DNA from: Lama guanicoe
Lineage: Eukaryota
Direction: 5' to 3'
Assembly: GCA_013239625.1 (NCBI GenBank)
Contig: MU053934.1
Span: 6,218,399 to 6,282,398, forward strand
DNA length: 64,000 nt
Under the pieces are notes generated by a model. It was not told where the DNA came from. It searched no databases and saw only the letters and a list, made by a program, of their open reading frames with translations. How positions within the stretch are numbered: the first letter of the stretch is position 1; every line of letters starts with the position of its first letter. A program made the translations under genes and the position numbers. Below, in pieces: positions 25,829-39,200 of this stretch.

Positions 25829-26167
25829 ACCCTTCTGTAGTCACTTTTTTTTTTATAGTGAGAAACTTTATATTTAGAATTAGCCAGCTGGACTCAGTGT
25901 AGATGATTCCAGTTTTGTTGGCAACATCCAAAGCATGACAGTCAGGATCTAGTCGTACATACGCCTTCTCTCCATCAGGCCTGATCAGGGTGAAAATGTC
26001 CCTACCCTTCTGTAGTCACTTTTTTTTTTATAGTGAGAAACTTTATATTTAGAATTAGCCAGCTGGACTCAGTGTAGATGATTCCAGTTTTGTTGGCAAC
26101 ATCCAAAGCATGACAGTCAGGATCTAGTCGTACATACGCCTTCTCTCCATCAGGCCTGATCAGGGTG
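25829..26167. repeat. Tandem duplication with 175-nt period: 25829-25992 repeated at 26004-26167 (flank, poly(A) and 3' end of the RPL23A retrocopy)
   Basis: Direct comparison shows identical sequence, including the T10 tracts. Confidence 0.9.
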
Positions 26168-26558
26168 TTGACCTTAGCCACGTCAGAGTCATAGAGCTTT
26201 CTCACAGACTGTTTGTTCTCGTGTTTGTTGGCCTTGACATCCACAATGAATACAAATATGTTGTCTTCTATCTTCACGTCAGACTCCGTGGTCAGGGGGA
26301 ACTTGATGGCATAGTGATCATGCTTATTTCTCCTATGGGAGCTCTTCTGAGGATATTTGAGCTGCCTTCTGAACTGCAGTGTTTTGGGCCGTCGGGATGT
26401 GGGTGACTTCCGGATTTTCTTTTCTTTCTTTCTTTTTTTTTTTTTGTGGCTGTGCAAGCCTTTGGGTACTGCTATCTTGGCCTTCAAAGCCTTTGCTTTG
26501 GGTTCAGCTTTGGGAGGGGCGGGGGCTTTCTTTGCTTTCCACTCCATATTCGTGAAAA
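26002..26558 (-). pseudogene. RPL23A: Processed (intronless) RPL23A retrocopy with poly(A) remnant
   Basis: The ORF translates as ...[17 protein letters not shown]...KFPLTTES...[11 protein letters not shown]...[20 protein letters not shown]...[11 protein letters not shown]. It has no introns, carries the RPL23A 3' UTR, and has a T10 tract at 26020-26029. Confidence 0.92.
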
Positions 26559-27483
26559 TTATTTACAACTATTTCACCATCTCGTTGACTTTGGTTGTTT
26601 TCCCAGCTTCGCCAACCATGTGACTTTGGACAAGTCATTTCACCTCTCTGAGGCTTTGTGTCTCTATCTATAAAATGAGAGGAGCACCACCTACTTTATA
26701 CGGTTGCTTTGCACATGAAAAGAAATAATAAATATAAAAGAGCAGGCCCTCTCCGAAGGAGAATTTGTATGCATGTGCTTCATACTGATTAAACAGCTAT
26801 TATGTGTCAGCCGTCTTAGAAATGTACAGATTTGAGCCAGCAATTCAACTTTTAGAAATTAAGAAAAATATTGGGGATCAGTTAGATTAATTATTATCCA
26901 TCCATAAGATGAATTGCCGTGAAGCCTTGAAAATATGTGTTGTGGAATATTTAACATGGAAAAACCATACTCCCATTCTTCTAGTACAAAAGTAGCAGGC
27001 TGTCTGAGTGTGGTATTATGGCAAATTTCAAAGTTCTTTCTCCCCTTGGAAATGCATTGGCCACAACTTCCTCTTCTCCAAGATTCTCTATTTCTTCCTC
27101 CAGAAACCAGAGTCAAAAACCCACCTCCACTTCCCTCTGTACTCTGAGGGATTGCCCTTCAGCGTGAGTGGATGCTTGGTTAGGCAGGTGTTTTTGCTAC
27201 GTCCACTATCCTTGCCCTGATGCCTGTGATCCAGTTTTGGTCATACAGAGACATACACCTGAGTGGCACTGCTGTGCCCAATGCTTTTGATAGGCCTGTT
27301 TGTTTCTCTATTTTGTTAGCTGTGGTACTCTGGGGAGATCACTGGAGGCAGAGTCAGGAGAACCTCAGTTAGGTCTCTGATAACCACAGGGACTTGAACA
27401 AGTCACCTTCCCTTGCTGGGCCTCAGTTTCTTCATCTATATAAATGGGGACATAACCCCTACCTGAGAGGACTATGAGATAGT

Positions 27484-27988
27484 TGTGGACAGTGAATGTT
27501 GCCTGATATTCCAGTAAACAAAGAATGTTCCCCAACATTCCAGTTCTAAAAGGATAAAGCCTTCAGCTTCTGCAGACCCCTGCCCCCACTCCTCTCACCA
27601 CAGGGGACCCTGAGGGGAATTCAGGATGGAGAAAAACAGGAAGCATCCTGTGGCTTGGATACTGGCCCTAGATTGTTAAAATGCATATTTTAAGGAATAA
27701 TTTCAATGAGCACCCCACCCCCGAAGCTTGCATCTTCCTATACATAGGAAAGCACTAAAATCATTAACTTGAGATGTCTGTTTTTTGTGATTAGCAATAA
27801 TCTTTTAAGGTTTTTTTTTTTTTTCAGCAAAAATCTCCTATATATTCTGGCTCCTCCCCTTATGTCTTCAGAGCAGTTCCTTAGAGCCATCTATCTGAGA
27901 GACTGTCTCCTTGGCTAGAGTCTCAGTGAGATCCCCAAATAAAACACAACTCGCAGTTTTTAGGATGTGCGTTTTTCTTCAGTCGACG
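27484..27988 (+). mobile_element. Solo LTR, ERV1-like
   Basis: Ends TGTGGAC...GTCGACG form a degenerate inverted terminal repeat. A 4-bp TSD TAGT lies at 27480-27483 and 27989-27992. TATATA is at 27839 and AATAAA at 27938. It interrupts a MIR-like sequence. Confidence 0.75.
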
Positions 27989-28163
27989 TAGTAATAATGG
28001 ATATTTATTGATCCTTTACTATGTGCCAGCCACCATACTGGACACTTGGCCACATATCTTCATTCACTCTCACAGCATCTCTAGGAGGTGTTATTGTCCT
28101 CTCTTGGTGAAGAAAAAGGAAAAGGTTGTGCCCAAGGCTGCACAGAGCATCTTGGCAAGCTGG

Positions 28164-28425
28164 CAGGGCTGAGACCAGGGTGAGTGAGGTACTTGCTTCA
28201 GGCACAAAATTTAAGAGGGCACCAGAAAAGCTCAGTAATCAAAACAAACAGTATGTATATATATATATATTTTTTTTTAATAAAAGAGGGAATTTATTAG
28301 AATACAAAGGTTCTTGCAGGGATTCCAACAGTACATTTTAATATATTTTTTAAAACATCAAAATTAGTACAAAAAAATCTATGATGAACAAAGTATCAAA
28401 AAAAAATTAAAGACAGGATCAATAA
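28164..28425 (+). mobile_element. MER96B-like hAT DNA transposon fossil, interrupted by a short retroinsertion
   Basis: CAGGGCTGAGACCAGGGTGAG...CACAAAATTTAAGAGGGCACC...CTCAGTAATC...ATGATGAACAAA resembles the MER96B consensus as I recall it. Confidence 0.55.
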
Positions 28426-31400
28426 TTGTGCTGAGCTGAGGAGCCATATTGGAGAGGCAAAAGGCAAATCCGTCTTTCTTTCCAGGCCCTGTGGCAGAGT
28501 TTAGTTTAATTGTTAAACAATCTGTTGTGTCAGACACTGTTTTGGGTCCCAGGAACAATGTAGGGAAGAAAAGAACCCTGCCGTTAAGAAGCTTTTGTCT
28601 TCTGTTGGATGCAGGCAGCAAACAAAACCATCTCCATAGGAGGGAAGACTTCTCTGCACCTCCTGTTTCACCTAGATCTGCTCTCTGTGACTCTGGAGGC
28701 TGGCTGGCAGGGCTAGAACTGCCTAGATTCATCTCTAACATCTCACAGTCAATACTTGTTTCATTGCTTAAGAATTCTTAGGGACATGGTTAAATGCAGA
28801 TACATGGGTCCTATTCAGGAGCTGGGGTCTGGAAGCTGTAGGGTGGGGCCCACAGGAACGAGCAGGGTGTTTTTTTTCTCCTGTGGTTGGATCCTCTTTT
28901 CCAAAGACAAACACGATCTCTACACAATAGCATACCAGCACCTTAGATCTGGAGGGAACGGTTTCCTTACAAGAACCTTTCCCAGTCTCTCCCGGGATTT
29001 TCACCACAACCCGTTTTACTGATGAGGCCACTGAAACTCGGAGAGGGAGAGTGAATTGCCCTGAGGCACGGACGTAGGAGGACCAGGTGGGCAGCCCTTA
29101 TGACCATCAGTGTGTCCCTTTAAGAGGGAGGTTCTTCCCTGGCAACTAGTGCTAAGATGGGGCCCATGGCAGGCTCCAGGGAGAGCAAGGAGCAGGATTA
29201 GGGAACTGGGACTGGGAGGACTGGCCAGAAGGATGTTTCCAGAGCACCAAAGGAAGACAGGCCTGAAAGCAGGAGGCCTGAGACCCCAGCCTGGCAGGAT
29301 CCTGCTCAGGAAGGAAGACTCTCAGAGTTTCCGGGCCAGACAGTGGCTGAGGTTTGGAGGTTAGTGACTTCCATGTTTGGTTTGGGCAGTGTACCTCACA
29401 CCTGGCGCGTTTCACTTTTGGAAGAACCCTCTGAGGTGAGTACCCTTATACTCAATTTCCAGAGGTAGGTGCTGACACCAGAGAAGGGCAGTGGTTCTCC
29501 CAGTCACAGCACACTTAGGGTTCTCATTCAGTTCCGTTCCCCTAAAGCCCACACTTTCCCCTGACCCCGGCTGTTGGTAGAAGGCCATATGTTGCTGAGT
29601 GAACATAGAGGGTGTTGACCCTCTCTTCCCCGCCTGGAGTGTGGCCTTCTGACTGAGGGTAGGCAGTCGCAGTCCCAGGGGCAGCCTGGTGTAGTGGGTC
29701 AGTCAGACTGAAAGTTCCCAGAGCTGCCTCTCCCCAGCCAGGTGACCTTGGACAGGTGCCTCCCACTCTGGGCCTGTTCCACATCTGTAAATAGGGCCAC
29801 CGCTGCAGGCCTCTCCGGGCTGTCTGGAAGACGGGGGGTGCAGGGAAGGAGACGTGCTTGAAGAGGCTCTGCAGGGAACAGGTCAGGGCTGGGTGCTGGT
29901 TTTAATTTCATCTCGGTTCATGGGCAGTGGGAGGTTGGAGAGACTGTGGATGTTTTTTCTCCATTTTTTAAAATGCCTGCAGTGCTTCCATTGTTCTTAC
30001 AACAAATAAGTCCATTGAATTTAAACAAGCTGAGGGGCGCATGCTCAGAGGTGGTGTTTGTGGAGGGGGTGGAGGCTGTTGCTCAGTTATCATAGGCCCC
30101 CTTGGGGCTCCCTTAGCCAAAGCCAGTGGGGACAGGGATGGCACTGCCCCACCTGGGGCAGAGTGTGTGTGTGTGCGTGTGCGGAGGCAGCAGCTCTCCC
30201 CTGACACCTGGTATTAGTGATCTCTGCAGATCAGAACTCAGCCTCAGGACTGTGAGAACTTGGACAAGTCACTCCTCACCTTTCAAGCCTCCCTCGTCCC
30301 CCCTGGGAGGGGCCTTAGAGGCTATCTGTCCCAGAAACTATCAATGTAGAAACTGAGGCCCAGAGAGGGGAAGGCCTTGATCAAAGTCTCTGAGGCAGAG
30401 GCTCAATCCAGGTTGGTCTGTGTCCAAGTTTTTATGACCTGTGCTTCCCCTGAAATGTCAACCCTCCCAGGACTGAACTAGTGGATTGATTCACTCAGAG
30501 ATGCCAGCTCTGTGCCAGGCCCTGTGCTAGGTACTGGGCACTCAGGTAATCAGAGCCCTGCCCTTGAAGAGTTTCAGCTGATGGGAGTGTGATGGGAGGC
30601 ACCTGCTGGAGGGAAAGGTCTGCCTTGCCTTAGGGAGAAATCAGGAAGGCTCTGTAGAGGAAATGCTTGTGCTGGGCCTTTAGTGCTGAGTGCAAGTTGC
30701 TCTGAGGATAGGTAAGGAGAAGGGATCCAGGTCCAGTAATTGGTAAACCAAGGCTGGAGGTGGAAACCGCCTGCAGTGTTAGGAACCCACACATGCAGCA
30801 GGGGGTGGGGGGTGGAGAGGTCTGGGGACAAGTTTGAGAAGAGCCTTGATAAATAAGTACAAGGAGCTTGGCTGCTGCCCCAAGGGGGAGTTGAGGTGTG
30901 TGGGGAGAAGGGCATGCTCAGGTGACCTGGTGTACCCAAGACTTGGGAGTTTGGTGGCCGGCTGAGCCGTGAGTTCACAGCACCACCTGGTGTCCATCTC
31001 TCTCACTGCAGCTTGACTTTCCTGGGTTCTCTCCACCTGGGGGGAAAAGGTGGGGCAGAGATCTCTGCAGAGGACCCTGGGCTCCCAGGCAAACTTGTGG
31101 ACCAGGACTAGTCCCAGAACCTCTGTCCCCTCCCAAAGCAGTCAGGCTTCGTGGTGAAGAACTGACACTCAGTGCTGTGCTAGACCCCCAATAGGTTCTT
31201 TGTCTGCACGCTTTGCCAAGGTCCTGGTGTGAGCGTGAGGAACCTGGGCCCACCAGCCTGGGCAGGAATCCTCCTACACCATCATTCCACTCTGGAGCAG
31301 ACTCCACATCCACGCACACACCTGTGATGAGCATCCTACTCTTACCTAATAGCTCCCTCAGGCTTTGGGGAACTTTGCTGGAATGATCTCTCCTCAGAAC

Positions 31401-33718
31401 TTCCTCTATCGGTCCCACTAGCACCAGCACACCACACCCCCGCTCCAAGGTGGTTCTCGGTCCACTTTGCTGGGCCGTACAGGTTTTCACTCCGTGTTGA
31501 GAGAACAAAGCCAGGTACAACACAGCATGTCTAGCATGTGTGCCTTTGAATCCACAGAAACGTCTGCAAGGACGGTCACAAAATGTTAACGTATCTTAGG
31601 ATGATGGAATTTTAGGTGACTTTTTTCTCTCATCTTTGTACTGTTATTGGTTGCTTACATTTTCCAAATATATATTATCTTTATACTCATATAACCAAAT
31701 TGTTTTCTTTTTGGAAAAAAAACAAATTAAGAAATCTAAGCACATCCTAGTAACACCAGCATAGTTTAGTGAAAGCTCAAAGGAGCAGGGCCAGTGGCTG
31801 ACAGTGGCTCTGTAGTCCCGCAGTTCTTGCCTTTGCAGGTTTCACAGGGGCTGTTTCATTCCTCCCCGCACTGGAAGCTCCCGGGGAACAGGGACCAAAC
31901 CAATTTCCAGGGCTTCTTCACAGCTCTGGGCACACAGAAGATGCACAGTACACCTCACTTCTTGCCTGACAACCACACTACTCTCCTCCCTGGTTTTGTG
32001 CTGCCCCTCTTGCCACCCCCTCACCCCCATTCTCAATATTGCGGATCGATCAGGTCATCATTCCCATGCTGTCTGGCCCACCAGCCCCTCCAGCCTCAAC
32101 AATTCCACCACCCGTTCTGCTCTTGTGCTCCAACCACTAGCCCCGTTCAGTCCCTTCAACATTCTTGCACTTGCTGCTCCCTCTGCCTGGAATGTTCTTC
32201 CCTTAGATCTGCACTTTGTCATTTAGGTCTCAGATTAAACACCTTGTCACACACACCTTCCCCAGCTTCCACCCCCTCCCCACCCCCCAACACTACACTG
32301 TCACCTGGTTTTATTTCTTCCCTAGCACTATTGCAACCTGAGGTTACCAAACCTGTCTACCATGTGTCTTCCTCGGAATCTAACCCCTGACTGGGCAGGA
32401 CCTTGTCAGTCCTGCTCACCACTGTACCCCTAGCACTGAGCTCAGTGCTGCTTCACACATGGTAGGCTCCCAGGGAAGGTTACGGGCTTTAATGAACTCA
32501 CCCCACATTTTGTCATAAATCACAAAGTCTAAGGGTAAAATAGCTGTGTTCTGCCATTTCCCCCAGAAGCAGGTGGTGCACGTCTGCAGTACCTTATCTT
32601 GTAAACTGTCCTCAGCAGAGAGATTTGGCCTCTGCACAGAGCTGGCTTACAGAAATCCTCAGGCAGTAGCTGTTGAATGGATTCGCCCTCAGCCCGACAT
32701 TCATTGATTATTTAATCTGTGCCAGGCACCGGGCAAAGTGCTTCCCATTTACTCTCTTCAAACCACCCTGTGAGGTAGGTACCATTTCCCTCATTTTATA
32801 GATAACGAGACAAACAGACTGGCCCCCAAGTAGCAAAGTTAGGACTTAAGCCCAGGCTGTGTGGTCTCAGACCAGGTGCCTTCAAAGGACTCCTGCCACA
32901 TGTCAGCTCCTAGGAAGTACATATGTCAGCCAAAGCCACCTGCCCTCTGTATCCTCTAGAAAGACAGAACCTTCTGTTTTATTTTTAAGCTAGCACATTG
33001 GAAAGACACAGTGCCTTAATGACGAGGTCTCAGCGGAGGACGGTGAGAACATGGCCCGGATTCAAAGGCTCAGCCACTCGCCACCTGGATAACTTAGCTT
33101 CTCTGCACCTGTTTCCCCACCTGTAAAACAGGACCAACACCCACATCTTGAGTCCGTGGTATGTGAAAGAAAGCCAGGCAGAAGGTGCTCACTCACAGTG
33201 GGCCAACTGAACCTGCAGACCCTGGCAGCTCGGCTGGCGTGCCTGGAAGCACTGCGGGCATTCAGAGGGCTGTCCACCCGCCCCAGCACCTCTTCAGTGA
33301 GGTCAGGGAAAGGTGGGCAGAGATCCCTGAGGCCACAGACCCAGCCTACAGCCAAGTTGAAACCAGAAGTGAATACTTCTTGGTGAGGTCAGACGTCCTC
33401 TGAGATCTCAGAAGTTGAGGCCAGCAGACCAGGTTTTTGAGTCTTACTCCACCACCAGCTACAAAGTGACCTTGGGCAAGGGGAATCCTCTCTGGGCTCT
33501 TTCCTCATCTTGATAAAGCAATGGTGAAAGTCATATACTCTTTTCTGCTATTGTCACTTCTTATCAACAAGTCTTACAACCAAGCAAAGGCGGCATATCC
33601 AGACTCAGCAAAGTTAAGCTCAGTGGGAGACAGATGAAGAATCAGGCTGAAACTGTCTCATGTTGGCTGCGTACCCAGACCTTCAAGCACTACACAAATG
33701 GCAGCAGGCAGAAATGAG

Positions 33719-33830
33719 TTTATTGCATTAGAAAAAATACCAAAGAAAAACAGCAAACACCTCCATATTATACACAGTTATTAGTTTGACTTCAAGGGCA
33801 AAAAGGAATCTCAAAGGTACAAACTTTATT
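33719..33830 (-). terminator. DESI1: DESI1 candidate polyadenylation signals (AATAAA at 33825-33830 and 33719-33724); 3' UTR about 2.4 kb
   Basis: TTTATT on the + strand at both positions, at the end of a repeat-poor stretch downstream of the stop. Confidence 0.6.
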
Positions 33831-36144
33831 TCTGGGAAGGGGTGACGGTCTCATCCCTCCTCCTCCTTCCCTGTCCCTTTAGACCATGGACCTTGATGGA
33901 GGTGTCCACTGAGCGGTACAATCACACACACGGCTCGTTTCTCATTCTGCTTGCCTGCGCACGCCTGTATGGAGCTGGCTGGTCACAACGAGCAGGCTCC
34001 TGAGGTTCTGGGATAAAGAAATGCGAGGATGGTGTTGGGGGGTCCTAGCCTGAGCCCGGGCTTCCAGGTAGTGACGGTGGGACTTGGGTGGGGGAGGGAG
34101 AGCCTGCCTCCCTGCAGAGCTCTAAGAAGATGGCTTACTGATCCCTCCTCTCCCCACAAACCCTAAGGCACAGGCATTGGCACAAACGGCTGTTGGGCAT
34201 GAAGGGCAGCTTTCAATGAAGCAAGTGACTCAGTCTCTCACCGGAGCCACTTAGGCTAACTTCTTGGTATAGCCCTGCATCTGGAGGTGACTGCTGGGGG
34301 AAGAGAAATCAGCTGAGTCTGGATATGGTGGAGAAGAGAGATGAGAAGGAGCTTGTGATACCCATCACCCTCTGGCTGGAGCTGAGCGCTCTAAGCAGAG
34401 AGGTCTGGAGCAGGAGCTTGGAAGAGAGAGAGGGCTGGGCAAGGCAAGCTGAAAAAGGGGAGAAACAGCTGGGAAGCAGAGCAATGGCCTCGACCAACAT
34501 GCTGCCCTCCCAGGAGAAACCCAGCCTGAAACCCATTTTCCATGGCCCAGTTCTGCCAGGAGGTCAACATTAAATAATAGCCCCTGCTAGTTTCTGCTCT
34601 AATGTACCATTAGCATGCACACTGGCAAATCAGTGGGTCTTGAGAATTAAAGTGCTCATTGGTTTGGCCTCCAATCTTAAAAGTTCCAAAATGCCACTTG
34701 ACACCACCGCTAGCCATCATGAACATGCCCCTGGTCAGGTCACAGGCAAACACTAAGGCAGAATAACATCTTCTCCTCTAGCTGAGACCCTGATGATGCC
34801 AATTGCCATGGCTAATGGCAGAGATGGGAGGAGACAAGGCCAGAGGTGAGCAGCAGCTTTTTGGAGAGGAAAGGCACTGCTGCAGGCCAGACTCCAGGAA
34901 AGAGAACATAATTCAAGTCTGAGAAGTGGCAGGAGGGGCCCAAGGATGCCAGGGCTGGGACTCAGATACCTCGCAGCTCTGAGTCCCTTCTCCACACTCA
35001 GTCTCCCAACTTGAGGGAGGCTCACATGAAGAAAGAGAATCTGAAAGCCTCTCCAGATAAGAAACTTTTCCAGATTATTCCCCGCCTGTAAGTTCCCAGC
35101 AGCAGCTCATTATAAAAATGCCCGCTCATGCCCTCAACCTTGCTTTCTTAAAGTCAGAATGACAAGAGAAATAATACATCCCTTCAAAACACATTTAGGA
35201 TAATGTAAAACTCCCTATCAGAAACAACTCTAAATTTGTCACCTTGATTCTGCATTATTCTTTCTACATCAGGGACATTTTCCAAGAGCAGGAAATCACT
35301 TCCCCTTGCTCCCTAGTTGAATACTGCATATTGGTCTGGGTGCGGGTGGGCATGGTGACTGCAAATAACTTACATTATTACTTGCAGACAAAAGGCCTGG
35401 GCCTCTGCCGCTCCAGACCTTCGTTAACTGACAGGTCAGCTATGCTGAGGAAGAACAGCCTGTAGACAGCAAGGCAGCTTCTCCAAAATCAACGTCAGAG
35501 GATTGGTAATCAGTCTAGGTGGAAGGAGGAATGGCTTTATCCTGTTTCCTCTGGGCTGACACTTGCTGATCCTGAGGCTTTGGTTGCTCCAGCCCTCGTC
35601 CCATGGCCTTGCTTGACGGAGGGGAGGGAAGGTGAGAAGATCGTGGCTAAAGAGTTCACTTAGGTTGGGTAAGTCATCCTGAAACTGGTCCCACCAAGTC
35701 CTTCGATTCATTTAACGCTAGAGAGTAACCGCTTCCAGGTCATGGGCAATATAAAACTCACCTGGGCCCCACGGGTGGTGGCAACCTGGGTAGAGTGTGG
35801 GCATTCTCTGGAAAGAGGTTCTTGGTTGGGGCTTCCCCAAACCCTGACTCTTGCTTTCTGCTTTAACAAGTCTGTAGGCCGCTTAGGAAGCAGCGTTAGA
35901 AGTGAACTCACAGACAAGACAGCCTTAATAAATTAGTATAATACTATTAGAAGGGGTGGCATTTTGTTGTTTCTTAGCAGCATTGTCCTACATTCAGCCT
36001 GATGATCTCCTTCCCTGGGAAATTTAAAAAGCCGTCCCCTGGTTGTTAGCTCTGATGTAAAATGATAAAATAGAAATCTGGTAGGGTTTGTTTTGTTTAA
36101 AAAGGAAAAGCCCTGGTGAGGCAGGGCGGTCCCATGCAGTCCTG

Positions 36145-36238
36145 TTAGCTCTGGCCGTTGGGTCGGCCCACCGTGCTCCCTCCAGGAGGCTGGATCTGGA
36201 TGGAGTCCAGGAAGGGTCGCAGGGCCTGTCCAAAGGGC
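36145..36238 (-). CDS. DESI1: DESI1 exon 6 (coding part)
   Basis: [30 protein letters not shown], ending at TAA. Confidence 0.95.
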
Positions 36239-39200
36239 CTGCGGAGAAAACAGACATGGGGCTGGGGTGGGCTCCCTGACACGGACTGCCACAGCTGGCC
36301 AGCGCGCCCGGCTTGGCCCACGTGTGCAGTGGCCCTGCCACGCCAGGAAGTTCTCTATCACTGCATTTCACTTTATCGCCTAGCTCATACACCCTTTTTC
36401 ACAGAGGGGATCTCCACATAGCCTGCTCTACGTTTTTATTCCTGGCATCCCCTCCTCAGTAAATGCTACCATCTCACCACCATCACTGCCAGATCCTGGT
36501 TAGCTGTGGTCTGGACAGGTTGGCTGTAGACTGGAAACTAGAGCTTTCTGTACTTCTGTCTTTAACTCTTATGGTACAAGAAGATTAAGTGAAGAAGCTG
36601 AGGTAGAAGAAAAAGAATATGAAAAATATAAAGTCAGGAGTGAGGGTGGAACACAACTGGACTCCTCAGGGAACGGAGGTCTCCTAGAGAGTACCAGGAA
36701 TATCCAGGAAAAATGACCAGTGCAGGCTGACAGAAGGTGTCAGTGCCACTTTGTAAAGGGCTCCCAGTTTGCTCTCAGAGCAGCTTAGCTGGAAAAAAGA
36801 CTGCGAATACCGTAGCCTTAGAGACTTTCCAAGATTACTGTCATCTTAAATCGGGTGGCCCACAGTGCATCTCTGTTACTGGTTTTCTTTTTCTTCGGAG
36901 GCTATTGCCATTTTTGGAAATCATTCCCAAGTTCAAAGGAAATGAAGTATTTTAAAGCATAAACAGATGAAACCGAGAAATATTAATCTTAATTCAGACA
37001 AGTCCAGAAACTCCACCCATCGGATAGTAACAGCAAGAACATTCCAGCTACTCGGGTTTGCTCAGGGCCCCAAAACCTAGATTCTTCAGTAAGGCTATGG
37101 GGTTTAACACACCCACCAAGGAACAGGAAGGCAGGGCCAGGACTGGGAGACGGGGCTCTCCTCACTCAGCCTGGCACTGACATCAGCCTTATTTCCTATG
37201 CAAGTTTTTCCTGAAGGGTTCCTACCCAGGTGTGAATAGTTCACCTTGCTGAGCCTGCTAAACCTGCCAGGATCCCTGTTGGACAGGGCCACAGTTCAGG
37301 AGAAACTGAGTCAGTCAGCAAGTGGACACGGTCCTAGAGTGGGTAGAGGCTGCCTGAATGCAATCAGCAGCAAAGGGAGGGAGGGGTGTGATGGCACTGG
37401 GTGTGTGTGTGTCCTTTCAGGGTACACCACCTGGATGATGGCCCAAGAAGCTTGGTCACATCAGGTGGGAGGGGCTACAGAATGTTCTTGAAGAAAGCAT
37501 CTATCGAGGGCTAATTGTGCACCACATGGTAGGAGGGTGAATAGAAGTTGTCTCTGAGGGCGTCAAATAGTTCATGATGCAGGGGAAGAAAGATTAACAA
37601 CAGTTTCAAAACAAGACACCTGACTAATTCTCTGACCTACTCTGGGCCCATCTATCTAAAACTGCCTTTTAAGTGGGCACTTCTGGGGAGTGGCATGCTT
37701 CATGTATAAAGGGAAAGACAGTGGGTTTCTAAGTTCTGCAGTTGCACTCAGACCAGGGTAGAGTTGGTCCAACTCCAAGGAGGGTGAAGGTGAGCATATG
37801 TGAGTAGAAGCTGTCATCATGACAGGGCCCCATTTAGCTGGGCAGACTCTGCTGAGACTAGGGGGCAGATGTGGGCCAGAGGAGAGGGGAATGGGGATTT
37901 CAAAGGCGGGGGAGAGGCAGAGGCTACTCACGTGGAGAGAACTTCAGAGGGAAGGTCAGTGATGTAAGAAGGGATCTTCCGCCCGGTCAGGAACTGTGCC
38001 ACTTCGTTGCTGAAGGTGTTACAGTTGTGTTCAAAGAGGTTGTAGGCTTCACCTCTGTACATTGTGAGAAAGGTTTGGGACACAGATGTGAGTCAGCAAG
38101 CACGTACATGAAACAATTCAAACCAAGTGACAGAATGGTGAGCACAGCTGAATCTGAGGACCATGATTCTACTTTACACTCCAAAAGGACTGCTTGGTTT
38201 GCCACTCTGGGCCCTTAAAAACAGATTTTTGAGGGGAAGATGAAATAAAAACATCTGGCTTCTTCAGTTTCAGAAGAATCTTTACAGTCACTAAAGCAGA
38301 GCTCCAGGGTTAGAGTTTAACACTTGAAATTGGCTAAAGCTTCTTTAAGAGAAAATCTGCTCAAGTTTGTATTTCATCCTAACCTCTCAACAAACCCTGT
38401 TTTTGATTTTCAGGACAAAATACTTGGTTGAGAGCAGCATATGCTGAAATAGCAGCAGCTGATTTTAATCAGAAGGAGTAAATACCCTTCCTTTCCTCAA
38501 AGTTTCCGCAGTAGGTATGCTGGGATGGAATAGCGCCTTTGGAGCAATGCTGAGCTCTTTTTGTGGCATGGTAACTGCCTTCCTTTCATATTTATTAAGC
38601 AAATACTGGGCCAGACCTTGTGGTGAGTGCTCTGGGGGAAATGACTGGTGGCTTCCCTCTGGGGACTGATTATCTAGTTGCGGAGATAGACACAACTAAC
38701 CACCACCCCTGTCTCTACTCACCGGAACAGAGACTCCCCCAGGGAGGACAGGTACTCCAGAAAGATTTCTTCTGTGACTTCTGTGCTCCCCACATCAACC
38801 ACAGAGTCTGGGGGCCCAAGCAATGTCCCTCCCTAAAAGGGCCAGCCAAAAGAAAGTCATTAAATCATTTTCTCCACTGAATTTTTTCATGTGGCTTCCC
38901 ATTGAAGAACACAAATGCCCTGTTCTACAACTTTTGATTCTGAGAGCACCCAGGGCAGGTAAAGAGTGTTATTTCCCATTTGTGTCAAGGCTATAATGGC
39001 TTAGAGCTTCCTGGCAACTAATCCATTGCCATGTGCTGGCAACATGGCTAAGAAGTCAGGCTTTCTGTTTCTGGTGGGGCTCTGGGAAGCTGAGTCTCTT
39101 GCAGGTCAGACTCCTGAAGCTGACCATGCATTCAGTTGATAAAAAGATAGAAACCCAGAATCTGAAGTCTCCCCTTTGTCCCTAACATGCCTGCTCATGA

